Shown: positions 23,085 through 32,109 of the stretch, one piece after another
How positions within the stretch are numbered: the stretch's first letter is position 1
How the letters are laid out: each line of letters starts with the position of its first letter
IMG/VR virus record: IMGVR_UViG_3300024254_000001
Coordinates: 1-56,377 of that record
DNA from: a virus
Length of the DNA: 56,377 nucleotides
Direction: 5' to 3' (one strand)
The notes under the pieces: generated by a model
Databases searched by the model: none
What the model was told of the DNA's origin: nothing
Seen by the model: only the letters and a program-made list of their open reading frames with translations
Made by a program: the position numbers and the translations under genes

Positions 23085-24371
23085 ATGCCAGCCGCCGCAC
23101 CGCCAGCACCAACCGCACCTCCCGCTTCATCGGGTTCTGTAGCTCCCCCATCAGCCGGAGAAATCCACGTCACGCCACCGGCCTCCGGGACCGAAATAAA
23201 CCCGGCGATTCCCGCGCCGAAGCCGGGAAGCGCCAAGGACAAGATGTTTTCCGAATTGCGAAAGAAGGCTGGAGCGCCCGAGACACCTCCCAAGCCCGCC
23301 GCCGCAGACCCGAAAGCTCCAAAGCCAGGAGACGCGCCGGTACCCGACGATGCTCCCGCCGATCCGCCGACACAGCCCACCGGCGACAAACCCACCGACC
23401 CGAAAGCTGCCCCGACTGATAAAAAGGTCAGTCCGTGGAAGCTCGTTGACCAGTTCAAAGAACGCGCCAGCAAAGCCGAAGCTCGCGCCCTCGAATTGGA
23501 GAAACAGGTTTTGCCGGAAGCCAAGCGGAAAGAGGCTGAGGAGCGCATTTCCAAATACGAAACGCGTATCAAGGAAATGGAGGACGATCTTCGCTACTTC
23601 AACGCTGAGAAGTATGACCCGGACATAATCAAGGCCAACGCCGACTACGAGGGCGCATGGAAACGCGCTCTCCATGAACTGTCCGAATTGACCGTTGCGG
23701 ATGGTGAGAGCGGCCAACAGCGTCAGGTAAAAGCTGAGGACATACTTGCGTTGGTCAACATGCCCCTGGGGCAGGCTCGATCGGTTGCCAATTCCGTTTT
23801 CGGTGATTTCGCGGATGACGTCATGGCTCACCGAAAGGAGATCAAAACTCTGTTCGAGGGCAAAATGGCCAAGCTGGAGGAGTTGAAGAAAAACGGATCG
23901 GAGCGCGAGAAGCAGCGCAAGGAACAGTACGAGAAAGCCAACGGAGAATTGGCCGGGCAACTAAATTCTCTCTGGGAAAAAGAGGTGAATTCTGTTCTGG
24001 CCAACGAGAAGCACGGCAAGTTTTTCAAGCCGCGCGAGGGCGATGAGGATTGGAACACGAGAATTGATAAAGGGTTCAAGTTTGTTGATGAAACTTACGC
24101 TCTCAATGTCCGTGACCCCAGGTTGACCCCGGACCAGCGGGCGCTCGCCATTCGAAAACACGTTGCGGTGAGAAATCGCGCAGCCGCCTTTGAGGCAATC
24201 AGGTTCGATTACGAGCGGACGTTGACCAAGCTAGCCGAGGTGGAAAAGAAGCTCGCGCAATACGAAGAATCCACTCCCCCGATTGGCGGACAGACTCCGG
24301 CCAATGGCGCTCCAGTCACCGGAACCGCGAAAGAACAGATGTTCAGCGCCCTCAGAAAACTTGCAAAATAG
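23085..24371 (+). CDS. Scaffolding protein (by composition and position)
   Basis: Pro/Ala-rich N-terminus, then a long Lys/Glu-rich helical region. It lies directly upstream of the putative capsid gene. Confidence 0.6.
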   Translation: MPAAAPPAPTAPPASSGSVAPPSAGEIHVTPPASGTEINPAIPAPKPGSAKDKMFSELRKKAGAPETPPKPAAADPKAPKPGDAPVPDDAPADPPTQPTGDKPTDPKAAPTDKKVSPWKLVDQFKERASKAEARALELEKQVLPEAKRKEAEERISKYETRIKEMEDDLRYFNAEKYDPDIIKANADYEGAWKRALHELSELTVADGESGQQRQVKAEDILALVNMPLGQARSVANSVFGDFADDVMAHRKEIKTLFEGKMAKLEELKKNGSEREKQRKEQYEKANGELAGQLNSLWEKEVNSVLANEKHGKFFKPREGDEDWNTRIDKGFKFVDETYALNVRDPRLTPDQRALAIRKHVAVRNRAAAFEAIRFDYERTLTKLAEVEKKLAQYEESTPPIGGQTPANGAPVTGTAKEQMFSALRKLAK

Positions 24372-24400
24372 TTGACAGGGGTTCAAACGAGGAGTAAAAG
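24372..24400 (+). promoter_or_regulatory. Sigma70-like promoter candidate TTGACA-N17-TAAAAG
   Basis: Read directly, in the 169-bp gap before the capsid gene. Confidence 0.45.
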
Positions 24401-24540
24401 CCTGAATTACTGTCAGCGGTTGGCCGGTGAGTGGCAGCGGCCCGAAGGTCTAACAGAGCCTCAAAGTCTGTGCCCGCTTCAACGGCGTAGCTTCTAAACG
24501 CTGAAACGTCCCAGTATTAACATTTTACGTTTTAGAAAAT

Positions 24541-26073
24541 ATGTCATGCCCTACGTCAGGAATTATCCAGGCTTGTGATTTCATCCAGGCGATGGTGGAT
24601 CAAACCCCCAAGTTCGATGAAATGATCATGGAAGACATTCGGCCAAACGATGGCTGGCTGTACAACGTGTCCACCGGGAGCACACCCAACGGAACCCCCG
24701 TTGAGATCACCCAAGACCGCTTTCGCTCTGTCTGGCCCAACACCACGAAGCAATGGACCCGAAAGGTTGCCAATGGTCCGGGTTGCAGTGGTAACCCTTG
24801 CGACTTCACCGAGCATCAGATCGGCTGGGGCGCGGATCGGTTGACCTACTTCGCCGAGCAGCAGTCCTGGGCGACCCCGCTCCTGTGCTATGACCAAGAC
24901 ATGCACATTACGCACGCCGAACAGCACATCTCGCAAATCATATCCGAGATTCTGAAACCGGCGACTACGGCAATCAGCAGCAATTTTCTGCGCAAACGCC
25001 ACCTGTTTTGGTCCAACGTCAAAGGCGTGGCCAATGCCAACTTTGGCGTGCCCGCAACGGACGGTGTTTTCACCTTCACCTGGACTTTGGGCGGCGTGAA
25101 CGGCGACGAAGAAATTTTCTTCGACACCTCTGCCAATCCCTCCCGGATTTTCAAGCTTGTGCCGCAGATGCTCCAGAAGCGTTTCAACCCGCTCATGCTG
25201 CGCGGTTACGCTGGCAAAAATCCGTTCAAGGATACCTCCCCGTTCATTGAGTTTGTGTCCGACATGGACACGACCTGGGAGCTTGACCACCTGGGCGGAC
25301 AGACCGGCGTTGGCGGGGCGAACAACCCCAACGTGCTGGGCAACTGGCGTTTCACGCAGTTCGATGACAGCACCAAATACTGGCGCTATGGTTTCTCCGG
25401 CCAGATCGGAAACTTCATGGTGCGAGTTGACCCAATGGGACTCCGGTTCAACTTCGTCACCGACCTGGGGGCGGCGGCGGCTCCGAACCGTTTCCGTTAT
25501 CAAGTGGTGTTGCCGTATAAGAACAGCGTCACCACCGGCGCAGGCGGCTCCGCAGGCATCGGGTCGGACTACAACCCCGACTTTGACCGGGCGCAGTTCC
25601 GACTGTCCCAAATCCACCACAAGAAAGGCATGGAATTGCTTGTGCCCGAAGGTGGACCGCTCAACCCGGAATTGCCTTTCGGTCACCGGGACTTTGGCGG
25701 CAAGTGGCAGTTTGTGATGGACAACCTTGGCGCAGACCAAAGCGGCAACGTGATCCAGAACAAACGCCGGAACAAAGGTCAGTTCATCGCGGACTTCAAT
25801 TATTATGTCCGCCCGATGCACTACGAATTCCTGGAGGTGTATTTCCACCGGGGAGAACAGTTCTGCATCCCGGAAATCTCGACCTGTAACACTGCGCCAG
25901 GATACCCGGCTCAGAATTACGAATCCGGATTGCCCTCTTGCCCGCCTCCAGCGGCGTACAACCCGCTCTACACTGGAGCAGCCTTTGGTATGGGTGTGCC
26001 GACCGGCTCACAGGATGGCCCAGTGCCTCAGCCGCCTACGGCAATGCCGCAGACGCCCGCAAGCGACCTGTAA
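24541..26073 (+). CDS. Major capsid protein (by position)
   Basis: 510-aa ORF after the scaffold gene, with its own promoter-like site and long leader. The antisense 430-aa ORF is treated as a shadow. Confidence 0.55.
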   Translation: MSCPTSGIIQACDFIQAMVDQTPKFDEMIMEDIRPNDGWLYNVSTGSTPNGTPVEITQDRFRSVWPNTTKQWTRKVANGPGCSGNPCDFTEHQIGWGADRLTYFAEQQSWATPLLCYDQDMHITHAEQHISQIISEILKPATTAISSNFLRKRHLFWSNVKGVANANFGVPATDGVFTFTWTLGGVNGDEEIFFDTSANPSRIFKLVPQMLQKRFNPLMLRGYAGKNPFKDTSPFIEFVSDMDTTWELDHLGGQTGVGGANNPNVLGNWRFTQFDDSTKYWRYGFSGQIGNFMVRVDPMGLRFNFVTDLGAAAAPNRFRYQVVLPYKNSVTTGAGGSAGIGSDYNPDFDRAQFRLSQIHHKKGMELLVPEGGPLNPELPFGHRDFGGKWQFVMDNLGADQSGNVIQNKRRNKGQFIADFNYYVRPMHYEFLEVYFHRGEQFCIPEISTCNTAPGYPAQNYESGLPSCPPPAAYNPLYTGAAFGMGVPTGSQDGPVPQPPTAMPQTPASDL

Positions 26074-26155
26074 TTTGGTGCAGGCTAAGTGTCCCTCGCT
26101 GGTTTAGGCTTCTCCAGCGGGGGGCACTCCCCAATAACTCAACCAAATATCCTCT

Positions 26156-26464
26156 ATGGCAGACGAAGAACTTTACGGGGGCGAAGGTCCAACCATGGGC
26201 CAGGAACAGTCACCGGATACACAGAAACCGGCAGACGGCGAGGAAAAGGAACACAAGACTTTCCTGCTCAATAAGGAAATCGATCCATCCTTCAAGGTCG
26301 GAGAGGAGATGGTTGTAAAAATCGTGGCGATCCATGATAAAGAGTACGAAGTTGAATACGCCGAATCGCCGGAGGGCAAAGACAAAGGCGAGGAAAACAT
26401 GGCTCCAACGCCTCCAGAAAGCGAAGGCGGCGGCGGGGGCGCTCCTCCGTCAATGTACGGGTAA
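26156..26464 (+). CDS. Small acidic protein (102 aa), possible head decoration/accessory
   Basis: ORF following the capsid gene. Glu/Lys/Gly-rich. Confidence 0.6.
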   Translation: MADEELYGGEGPTMGQEQSPDTQKPADGEEKEHKTFLLNKEIDPSFKVGEEMVVKIVAIHDKEYEVEYAESPEGKDKGEENMAPTPPESEGGGGGAPPSMYG

Positions 26465-26474
26465 GTGAAGCTGA

Positions 26475-26822
26475 GTGCTCACATGCGACCCATCCGCACT
26501 TGCCGACCTTGCCAAGTGTCAATTATCTTGCGTGAGAGGGGCGAGCGTTTCGGTTCGCTCGTTCCTCTTATGCAGTTACGCTAGTTCTATGGCTGTAAAT
26601 TGTGACCCATCATCGCTCGCCAATGCGGCGACATGCTTCGATTCCTGCATTCCGCCAGGGCATCAGTTGGCAGTGCAAACCTATTTGCTTGCTGTGATAG
26701 CAGGAGGAAGCATGGACCCGTCCACGCTGGCCAATAACGCTCGATGCTTCCTTGACTGCATTCCCCAGGGAGAGCAATTGGCAGTTCAGAATTATTTGCT
26801 CTGCCAGATAGTGAACAAGTGA
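26475..26822 (+). CDS. Cys-repeat protein (three CDPSxLA...C...C...YLL(C) units)
   Basis: Internal repeats of about 37-40 aa are read directly. It ends at a TGA in frame with the next ORF. Confidence 0.7.
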   Translation: MLTCDPSALADLAKCQLSCVRGASVSVRSFLLCSYASSMAVNCDPSSLANAATCFDSCIPPGHQLAVQTYLLAVIAGGSMDPSTLANNARCFLDCIPQGEQLAVQNYLLCQIVNK

Positions 26823-26825
26823 CCT

Positions 26826-28316
26826 GTGGCAATTTCATGCGATCCATCTGTCCTTGCCCAAGCTGCCCGGTGCTTCAATGATTGCCACCATTCGCACGCG
26901 CTTGCGCAATCGGTAAAGACTTACCTCCTTTGTCAGTACTCCAATTCGGCACCGTCCTCAGTTGCCGCGCCGTCAAACCCGGATATTGACGATGCGAGTA
27001 TTTCGACGTCAGTGACGTTTACCTGGACCAACAACGCCTCGCCTGCCGCCACCACTAACGAGATTTGGTCACAGAAGAATGGGGGAGCTTACGCCTTGCT
27101 TGGGACCGTGGCGGGCAACGTTGCGACGTTCACGGATAATGCTCCCGGGCTGGTCAATGGAGACGAGCGGTTTTACAAAGTGCGAGCGTGCAATGGGACA
27201 ACCTGCTCCGCATTCACCGACCCTCGATCAGTTGCGCTCAGGCTAGGAACTCTTGGGATCGCCAATTACAACTCTCCATTCCTGGTGATTCATTTCGGGA
27301 ATTTCGACACCGCATCGGCTGGAGTTGTCCTGACAGTCAATTTTGCATTACTAAGGCGGGTCAAGAGCGCAGGGCTGGATTTGGGGTCGGTGTTTTTGGA
27401 CAACGAAGCGAACCTTGTATCTGTTTCGATGCCCTCTTTACAAACTGTACCGGACAGTTTCCTTGGGTTCACTTGTCCCAAATTCACAACTTTGGTTTTG
27501 ACGTCCCTGCAAACAATCGGGAACAGCTTTCAATTTGGGGGAGCAAACATCACTGGAAACTTTGCCTTACCGGCACTCACTAGTGTTGTGGGCCTCTTTG
27601 ATGTGGACAGTAACCCATTGCTTACCGGGTTGTCTGTACCGGTACTTTCAACTGTTGGAGCAGACTGCTTTGTACACCTAACAGCCATTTCCAATGCTAG
27701 TTTTCCGTCACTGCAAAGCGTGGGAGGCAATTTCCGGCTTGGGGAAAACGTCAACCTATTGACCGTTTCGTGTCCGGCTCTCACAACGATTGGAGGCGGA
27801 CTGAGTACTTTCAATAGCGCTGGGATGACCTCCATGAGTTTTCCAGTGTTGGCAAACATGGGAGGGGCCTCAATTTCCTGTTCCGGATGCACTGCTTTGC
27901 TTGCCGCAAATTTCCCGGCGCTGATAGCAGTTGGGGCTGGCATTGGAATGGACGTGGATTTTTCCAACTGCACTGCGCTTGCGTCAATCAGCTTCCCTAA
28001 CATGTTTTTGATTGGGGATTTCGCTTTCAGCGGGTGCGCAGTGTTGACATCGGTGACCTTGACCAACGCAACGTTTTCGGATGGTGGATTCATTCTAGAT
28101 TTCTTTGGCGATGCGGTTGCAGCCGGAAACTCGCTGGCTGGCACTGGCATAAACGGAATTCTTCACCGGGGGGCTGTTTCTCCAGGCCCGTTGACATCGG
28201 ACAATTTCAACTTGAATGGCGGCACCAACGCCGGAGCAGCGGCTTTGTCGGCTCAAGGCACTGCCGATGCAGCGTTTTTGACTGGAAACGGAAACACGGT
28301 CACGTTGAATCCATGA
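26826..28316 (+). CDS. Fibre/receptor-binding candidate: fourth Cys-repeat unit + FN3-like domain + BspA-type leucine-rich repeats
   Basis: ISCDPSVLAQAARCFNDC...YLLC is the fourth repeat unit. VTFTWTNNASPAATTNEIWSQKNGGAYALLGTV...RFYKVRACNG looks FN3-like. The LRR_5-like repeats include NFSNCTALASISFPNMFLIGDFAFSGCAVLTSVTL. Confidence 0.8.
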   Translation: MAISCDPSVLAQAARCFNDCHHSHALAQSVKTYLLCQYSNSAPSSVAAPSNPDIDDASISTSVTFTWTNNASPAATTNEIWSQKNGGAYALLGTVAGNVATFTDNAPGLVNGDERFYKVRACNGTTCSAFTDPRSVALRLGTLGIANYNSPFLVIHFGNFDTASAGVVLTVNFALLRRVKSAGLDLGSVFLDNEANLVSVSMPSLQTVPDSFLGFTCPKFTTLVLTSLQTIGNSFQFGGANITGNFALPALTSVVGLFDVDSNPLLTGLSVPVLSTVGADCFVHLTAISNASFPSLQSVGGNFRLGENVNLLTVSCPALTTIGGGLSTFNSAGMTSMSFPVLANMGGASISCSGCTALLAANFPALIAVGAGIGMDVDFSNCTALASISFPNMFLIGDFAFSGCAVLTSVTLTNATFSDGGFILDFFGDAVAAGNSLAGTGINGILHRGAVSPGPLTSDNFNLNGGTNAGAAALSAQGTADAAFLTGNGNTVTLNP

Positions 28317-28522
28317 GCGATGCAATTTGGATTGCATTAATTACGGCTACGCCGCCGACCCTGGTTGGCCTCGCGGGAGTGTTTGTCAGCCTGCACAACA
28401 AGCGGGCAATTCAGGAAGTCCACAAGTCCACCAACAGCCGACTGGATCAACTTGTGAAGGTTACCAAAAGCGAGGCACACGCGGCAGGAATGAAAGAGCA
28501 GGCGGACAAGGGAAAATCGTAG
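28313..28522 (+). CDS. Small single-TM protein (holin-like, tentative)
   Basis: ATGA overlap with the fibre stop. MSDAIWIALITATPPTLVGLAGVFVSL is followed by a charged tail. Confidence 0.5.
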   Translation: MSDAIWIALITATPPTLVGLAGVFVSLHNKRAIQEVHKSTNSRLDQLVKVTKSEAHAAGMKEQADKGKS

Positions 28523-28576
28523 GCATCGGGGACTTACCCCATAAACCCACTTACAACCTCTTGTTAAATTCGAAAC

Positions 28577-28768
28577 GTGCAGCACAATCGGGACATGCGA
28601 ATTGACCTGTTTAAAGGAGCGTTGGGCATTGGCTCTGTGACGATCGGTTCTGCCGTGTCCACTGTCCAAACCCTGGAGCCGTGGTTGCGGCTTGTTTCGC
28701 TGATTGTTGGAATCCTGGTCGGGCTGGCTTCGTTTTGGTCAATCGTCAGGAAGTGGAAAACCAAATAG
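28577..28768 (+). CDS. Small two-TM membrane protein (holin/spanin-like, tentative)
   Basis: Hydrophobic segments GALGIGSVTIGSAV and LVSLIVGILVGLASFWSIV, with a basic C-terminus. Confidence 0.5.
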   Translation: MQHNRDMRIDLFKGALGIGSVTIGSAVSTVQTLEPWLRLVSLIVGILVGLASFWSIVRKWKTK

Positions 28769-28809
28769 CGCTTGCCATTTGGAGCGCCAAGGTGTCTTTA
28801 ACTGGCTCC

Positions 28810-29028
28810 ATGAAGATTCGTATTCTCCTCACCTTGTCCGCCCTCGTTACTCTTAGCGGCTGCTCGTCAACGAACATTGCCGAACTCACCAAAGCTCTTG
28901 CCAACGACCCGGCGATCGTGAAAGTCAAAATTGGGTCGGTTTACGGCACTGTGGATTTCACTCGCATCGGGTGCGTGACTAACGGTGTGAGCATCACTCC
29001 AGACGGAACGATAACGGTCAAGCCGTGA
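28810..29028 (+). CDS. Small lipoprotein (lipobox LSGC)
   Basis: MKIRILLTLSALVTLSGCSS is a signal peptidase II-type signal. The o-spanin-like position is an inference. Confidence 0.6.
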   Translation: MKIRILLTLSALVTLSGCSSTNIAELTKALANDPAIVKVKIGSVYGTVDFTRIGCVTNGVSITPDGTITVKP

Positions 29029-29094
29029 ACCATCGGGGCAATCCCCCTTGTTTGCGCCATTGCTTAATCCCAGAGAACACCGCACTTTGATAGC

Positions 29095-29412
29095 GTGCAC
29101 GATCGCGATGACAAATTAGTTCAGGTACTTGAACGCATCGCGTGCGAACTTGAAACTTCCAATCATCTCAAACATAAAATTATGACTGCTCTCGACACAC
29201 TCACAGCCAGTATTAACGCGGCAACTCAATCCGCAACGGCGCTCACCGCCGCCGTGGACACTGCCGTAACCGAAATCACGACACCCGCCGCCAGCGATGC
29301 ACAGTTGCTTTCGTTGTCCACCGCTGTTACCGCTCTGCAAGGGGCAATTGACGCGCAGACCGCAAGGCTCGTCACTGCCACCACGCCGCCAGCTAATCCC
29401 CCGACGACCTAA
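29095..29412 (+). CDS. Ala/Thr-rich hypothetical protein
   Basis: ORF from the track. The start may be ATG 29182. Confidence 0.45.
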   Translation: MHDRDDKLVQVLERIACELETSNHLKHKIMTALDTLTASINAATQSATALTAAVDTAVTEITTPAASDAQLLSLSTAVTALQGAIDAQTARLVTATTPPANPPTT

Positions 29413-29504
29413 GCGAAATTAAACCGTTGACGGCTTTGCCGGATGCGGCGTAATTTGCGGACTTCGAGTAAGACGGATTAGAGTGATTAGCGACTAGCTC
29501 ATAC

Positions 29505-29533
29505 AAAGCCCGGTCCAGAGGGGGCCGGGCTTT
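29505..29533. terminator. Bidirectional hairpin terminator between convergent genes
   Basis: AAAGCCCGG-N11-CCGGGCTTT gives a 9-bp stem, with flanking T-containing tails on both strands. Confidence 0.6.
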
Positions 29534-29543
29534 CTGCTGTACA

Positions 29544-31460
29544 TCACCGGCTGTGGTTCAGCGATCCGGACTTCCAGCATTCACGAGCTTTTTCGCGGAC
29601 TTCCTGCTTCCACCGGTGATCCTCCTCCTTGAAAGATTTGGTGACCAGACGCCGGATTGAAAACCCGAGTCTGCGAGCGCCCTCGACAGCGGTTACCAGG
29701 GCATCGAAAAGGTCTGGAGAGCGGCCAGTCTTCAACTTCATTTCCTCTTTCGTCTCAGCCTCAATCTTGTTTCCTCCAACCGTCTTCCACTCGCGAGCGC
29801 AGCCCTCCTGCATCATGTCCTCAGTCATTCCCCGAAACTGATAAGCCTCGATGATTAGGCGAACGGTGTACCACAATTCCGTGACGAATTTGGAGTAATA
29901 GTCCCGAGCCAAAACGTCTATGTCAGCCGATACTTGCCGCTCACTGGGCTTCCCGCCGAAATCAATCGCGTTTACCTGGGGCGACCAGAGACGGCTGTAA
30001 GCGGTGACCAGAGACGTTCTCATGCCCGCATCGAAGAAATGGTTTTCCGGGGGTATCCCTCGACGCTCATGCTCCCCTTTAACGAACATCACAATTTGGT
30101 CTTCTGGCGACTCAAAATCGCTGGAGGCAATTGGGATTATCAAAACGTCAATCAGTGCCATGATTTGGCGCTTTTCGGCATTGGGATAAGTCTGATTGAT
30201 GATGGCTGAGGCAGCAGCATCTCCCGGGTCTGTTTCGGCCTCCTCCCCAAAATCCAATTCGAGGAACACGCACCGGTCACCTCCAACCGACCTGTAGGCA
30301 GCGTCAACGGCGGTAACCTTGGTGCGATTAGAATTCTTCCAAACAGGCTCCTCCATCGCTTTGTGTTTGAGGCAAAGCTGGCGGGTGATGATTCGGCGGC
30401 TTCCCTGTCCGCGAGGCATCCGCCCCTCGTTGAACATCGTGTAATGCCAGTCATCCTTGCCCCACGTTGCAAGGTCATCCTGCATCTGTTTGCGCGTGAT
30501 GAGGAATGGAAATGGAACCGGCTCGCTGGGGTCAGCATCCATGTTCGGGCAGTCGGAGCCGGGGAACTGAATGCAGATGCCGCCCTCAAAGCGTGTCTTC
30601 CAGGTTTTGGTTTTCGGAGTTTGGTCAATGCCGCCCTCCCAACCGCCGAGCGTTACATGCGGCTCGCAGAGGATTCCCAGGGCATCGGTTGTTTGGGCCG
30701 GGTTGCCCATGCCGGTAACTTTGGTATCGCCTTGTTGATCCAGCGTGGCGATCGCGTCAATGAACGTTTTGGGCAGAGCGCCCAACTCATCACCGAGCAA
30801 CCTCACGCGTTTGTTTTTGATGCCTTGAAAGTCGCCCACGCCTACGAACTGATTTCCCTTTTTACAGGGAACACCAATGAAACCATTCCGGAAGTCACGT
30901 CCATCCTCGCTCTGCTCACGGTCATCGGTGACCAGCCGTTGACGACCCTCAATCAAGTGGCCCGGCAACCATCGGAACCGACTGATTGCCTTGCGATGGA
31001 AAGCTTTTATGTCGCCCCAAATTCGATCCTCCAGCCGCTCCTTTGTCGTTGAGCAAACCAGGATGGTTGTGCAGGACGAGAAAGCGTAATAGTCAACCAA
31101 GTGGCATATGGCAGCGCACGCGCTCTTGCCGGAATTCTTTGGCCCCATCACTCCCACGTATTTGTGAGACAACCAATTCTCGATGAAAATGTTGAACCAG
31201 CGATGCTGCTTTATCTCCGGCCAGATTAGCTTGATGGCTTCTTTGTAATGAAACAGGTTGCCCTTGCCTGCCTTGCCTCCTTTTTCTTTTTCCCATTCGC
31301 CGCCCTTGGCGATCATGGTCAACTCGATTGATACCGGGTGAGCCTCCGCACGCCACCAAAGACCGTATTTTTCCATGTGCCGACCCTGAGCGGATTTCTC
31401 CATGTTCGGTCTGGTACAGGAGTTTGCGGACTTCTTAAAACCGGAGAATCCTTTAGGCAT
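29544..31460 (-). CDS. terL: Terminase large subunit
   Basis: Walker A GPKNSGKS and Walker B-like VRLLGDELG. The nuclease half has AVDAAYRSVGGDRCVF. The start may be an internal ATG (MEKS.. or MEKYGLWW). Confidence 0.85.
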   Translation of the reverse strand: MPKGFSGFKKSANSCTRPNMEKSAQGRHMEKYGLWWRAEAHPVSIELTMIAKGGEWEKEKGGKAGKGNLFHYKEAIKLIWPEIKQHRWFNIFIENWLSHKYVGVMGPKNSGKSACAAICHLVDYYAFSSCTTILVCSTTKERLEDRIWGDIKAFHRKAISRFRWLPGHLIEGRQRLVTDDREQSEDGRDFRNGFIGVPCKKGNQFVGVGDFQGIKNKRVRLLGDELGALPKTFIDAIATLDQQGDTKVTGMGNPAQTTDALGILCEPHVTLGGWEGGIDQTPKTKTWKTRFEGGICIQFPGSDCPNMDADPSEPVPFPFLITRKQMQDDLATWGKDDWHYTMFNEGRMPRGQGSRRIITRQLCLKHKAMEEPVWKNSNRTKVTAVDAAYRSVGGDRCVFLELDFGEEAETDPGDAAASAIINQTYPNAEKRQIMALIDVLIIPIASSDFESPEDQIVMFVKGEHERRGIPPENHFFDAGMRTSLVTAYSRLWSPQVNAIDFGGKPSERQVSADIDVLARDYYSKFVTELWYTVRLIIEAYQFRGMTEDMMQEGCAREWKTVGGNKIEAETKEEMKLKTGRSPDLFDALVTAVEGARRLGFSIRRLVTKSFKEEDHRWKQEVREKARECWKSGSLNHSR

Positions 31461-31533
31461 GGTGCGTTTTCACTTGTGGTAATGTAGTGTTAAGGACAGG
31501 CTGAAATCCATGGCTAACCAACCGCCTCCGGTT

Positions 31534-32070
31534 TTAAAGGTGTCGCCAAGTGATTCGTGCGGCGATCATGGTAATGCTCGATTTGGTCACCCCGTATTTT
31601 TCCGCGAGCTTTGGTGCGTTACCCGGAAAGTAATCACGCCGAATCGCCAGTACTTCAGAGTTTGTAAGCTTGGAGCACCCATGAGACTCACCTTGGCGTG
31701 GTGGAACTCTCTTTTTGGAATACGCATCCTGCATGTTTTGAAGGTGTGTCCCCAAAAAGAGATGTCTTGGATTCCAGCAGGCTGGAACATCGCACTTATG
31801 ACACACCTCTTTTCCTCTTGGAATTTTCCCTTTATGGTGCATCCACGAAAGCCGGTTTACGCGCACGGTTTTTCCGTTCACAACAATACAGCCATAGCCT
31901 CTCTCGTTAGATTTAGCGCCGGTCCAAATCCAACACGGAGTTGGGAGTGGCCCCGGAACCTTTTTGGTTTTCTCAAGAAGCCTCCTCTTGATGCAGGATT
32001 TGGGAAAGGCGAGCCGCACAGCACCGAAACTGCCATCCGAACGCCGTTTCGTTGTGTATCTGAATTTCAT
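31534..32070 (-). CDS. HNH homing endonuclease
   Basis: CWIWTGAKSNERGYG...NRLSWMHHKGKIPRGKEVCHKCDVPACWNPRHLFLGTHLQNM, with a C-terminal HTH-like tail. It lies directly upstream of terL. Confidence 0.9.
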   Translation of the reverse strand: MKFRYTTKRRSDGSFGAVRLAFPKSCIKRRLLEKTKKVPGPLPTPCWIWTGAKSNERGYGCIVVNGKTVRVNRLSWMHHKGKIPRGKEVCHKCDVPACWNPRHLFLGTHLQNMQDAYSKKRVPPRQGESHGCSKLTNSEVLAIRRDYFPGNAPKLAEKYGVTKSSITMIAARITWRHL

Positions 32071-32109
32071 TCTTGCTAGACTATGTGTTTATTCATCCGA
32101 GTCAATTGA

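Noticed and set aside
24556-25848. 430-aa minus-strand ORF antisense to the putative capsid gene
   Set aside because: It lies entirely inside a longer plus-strand ORF within a co-oriented operon. Its composition is Arg/Val/Gly-rich, typical of shadow frames in GC-rich coding DNA. No start context or neighbours on that strand.
26820-26822. In-frame TGA as selenocysteine
   Set aside because: No SECIS-like hairpin is evident immediately downstream, and no sel genes are present. Read-through or reinitiation are more economical explanations.
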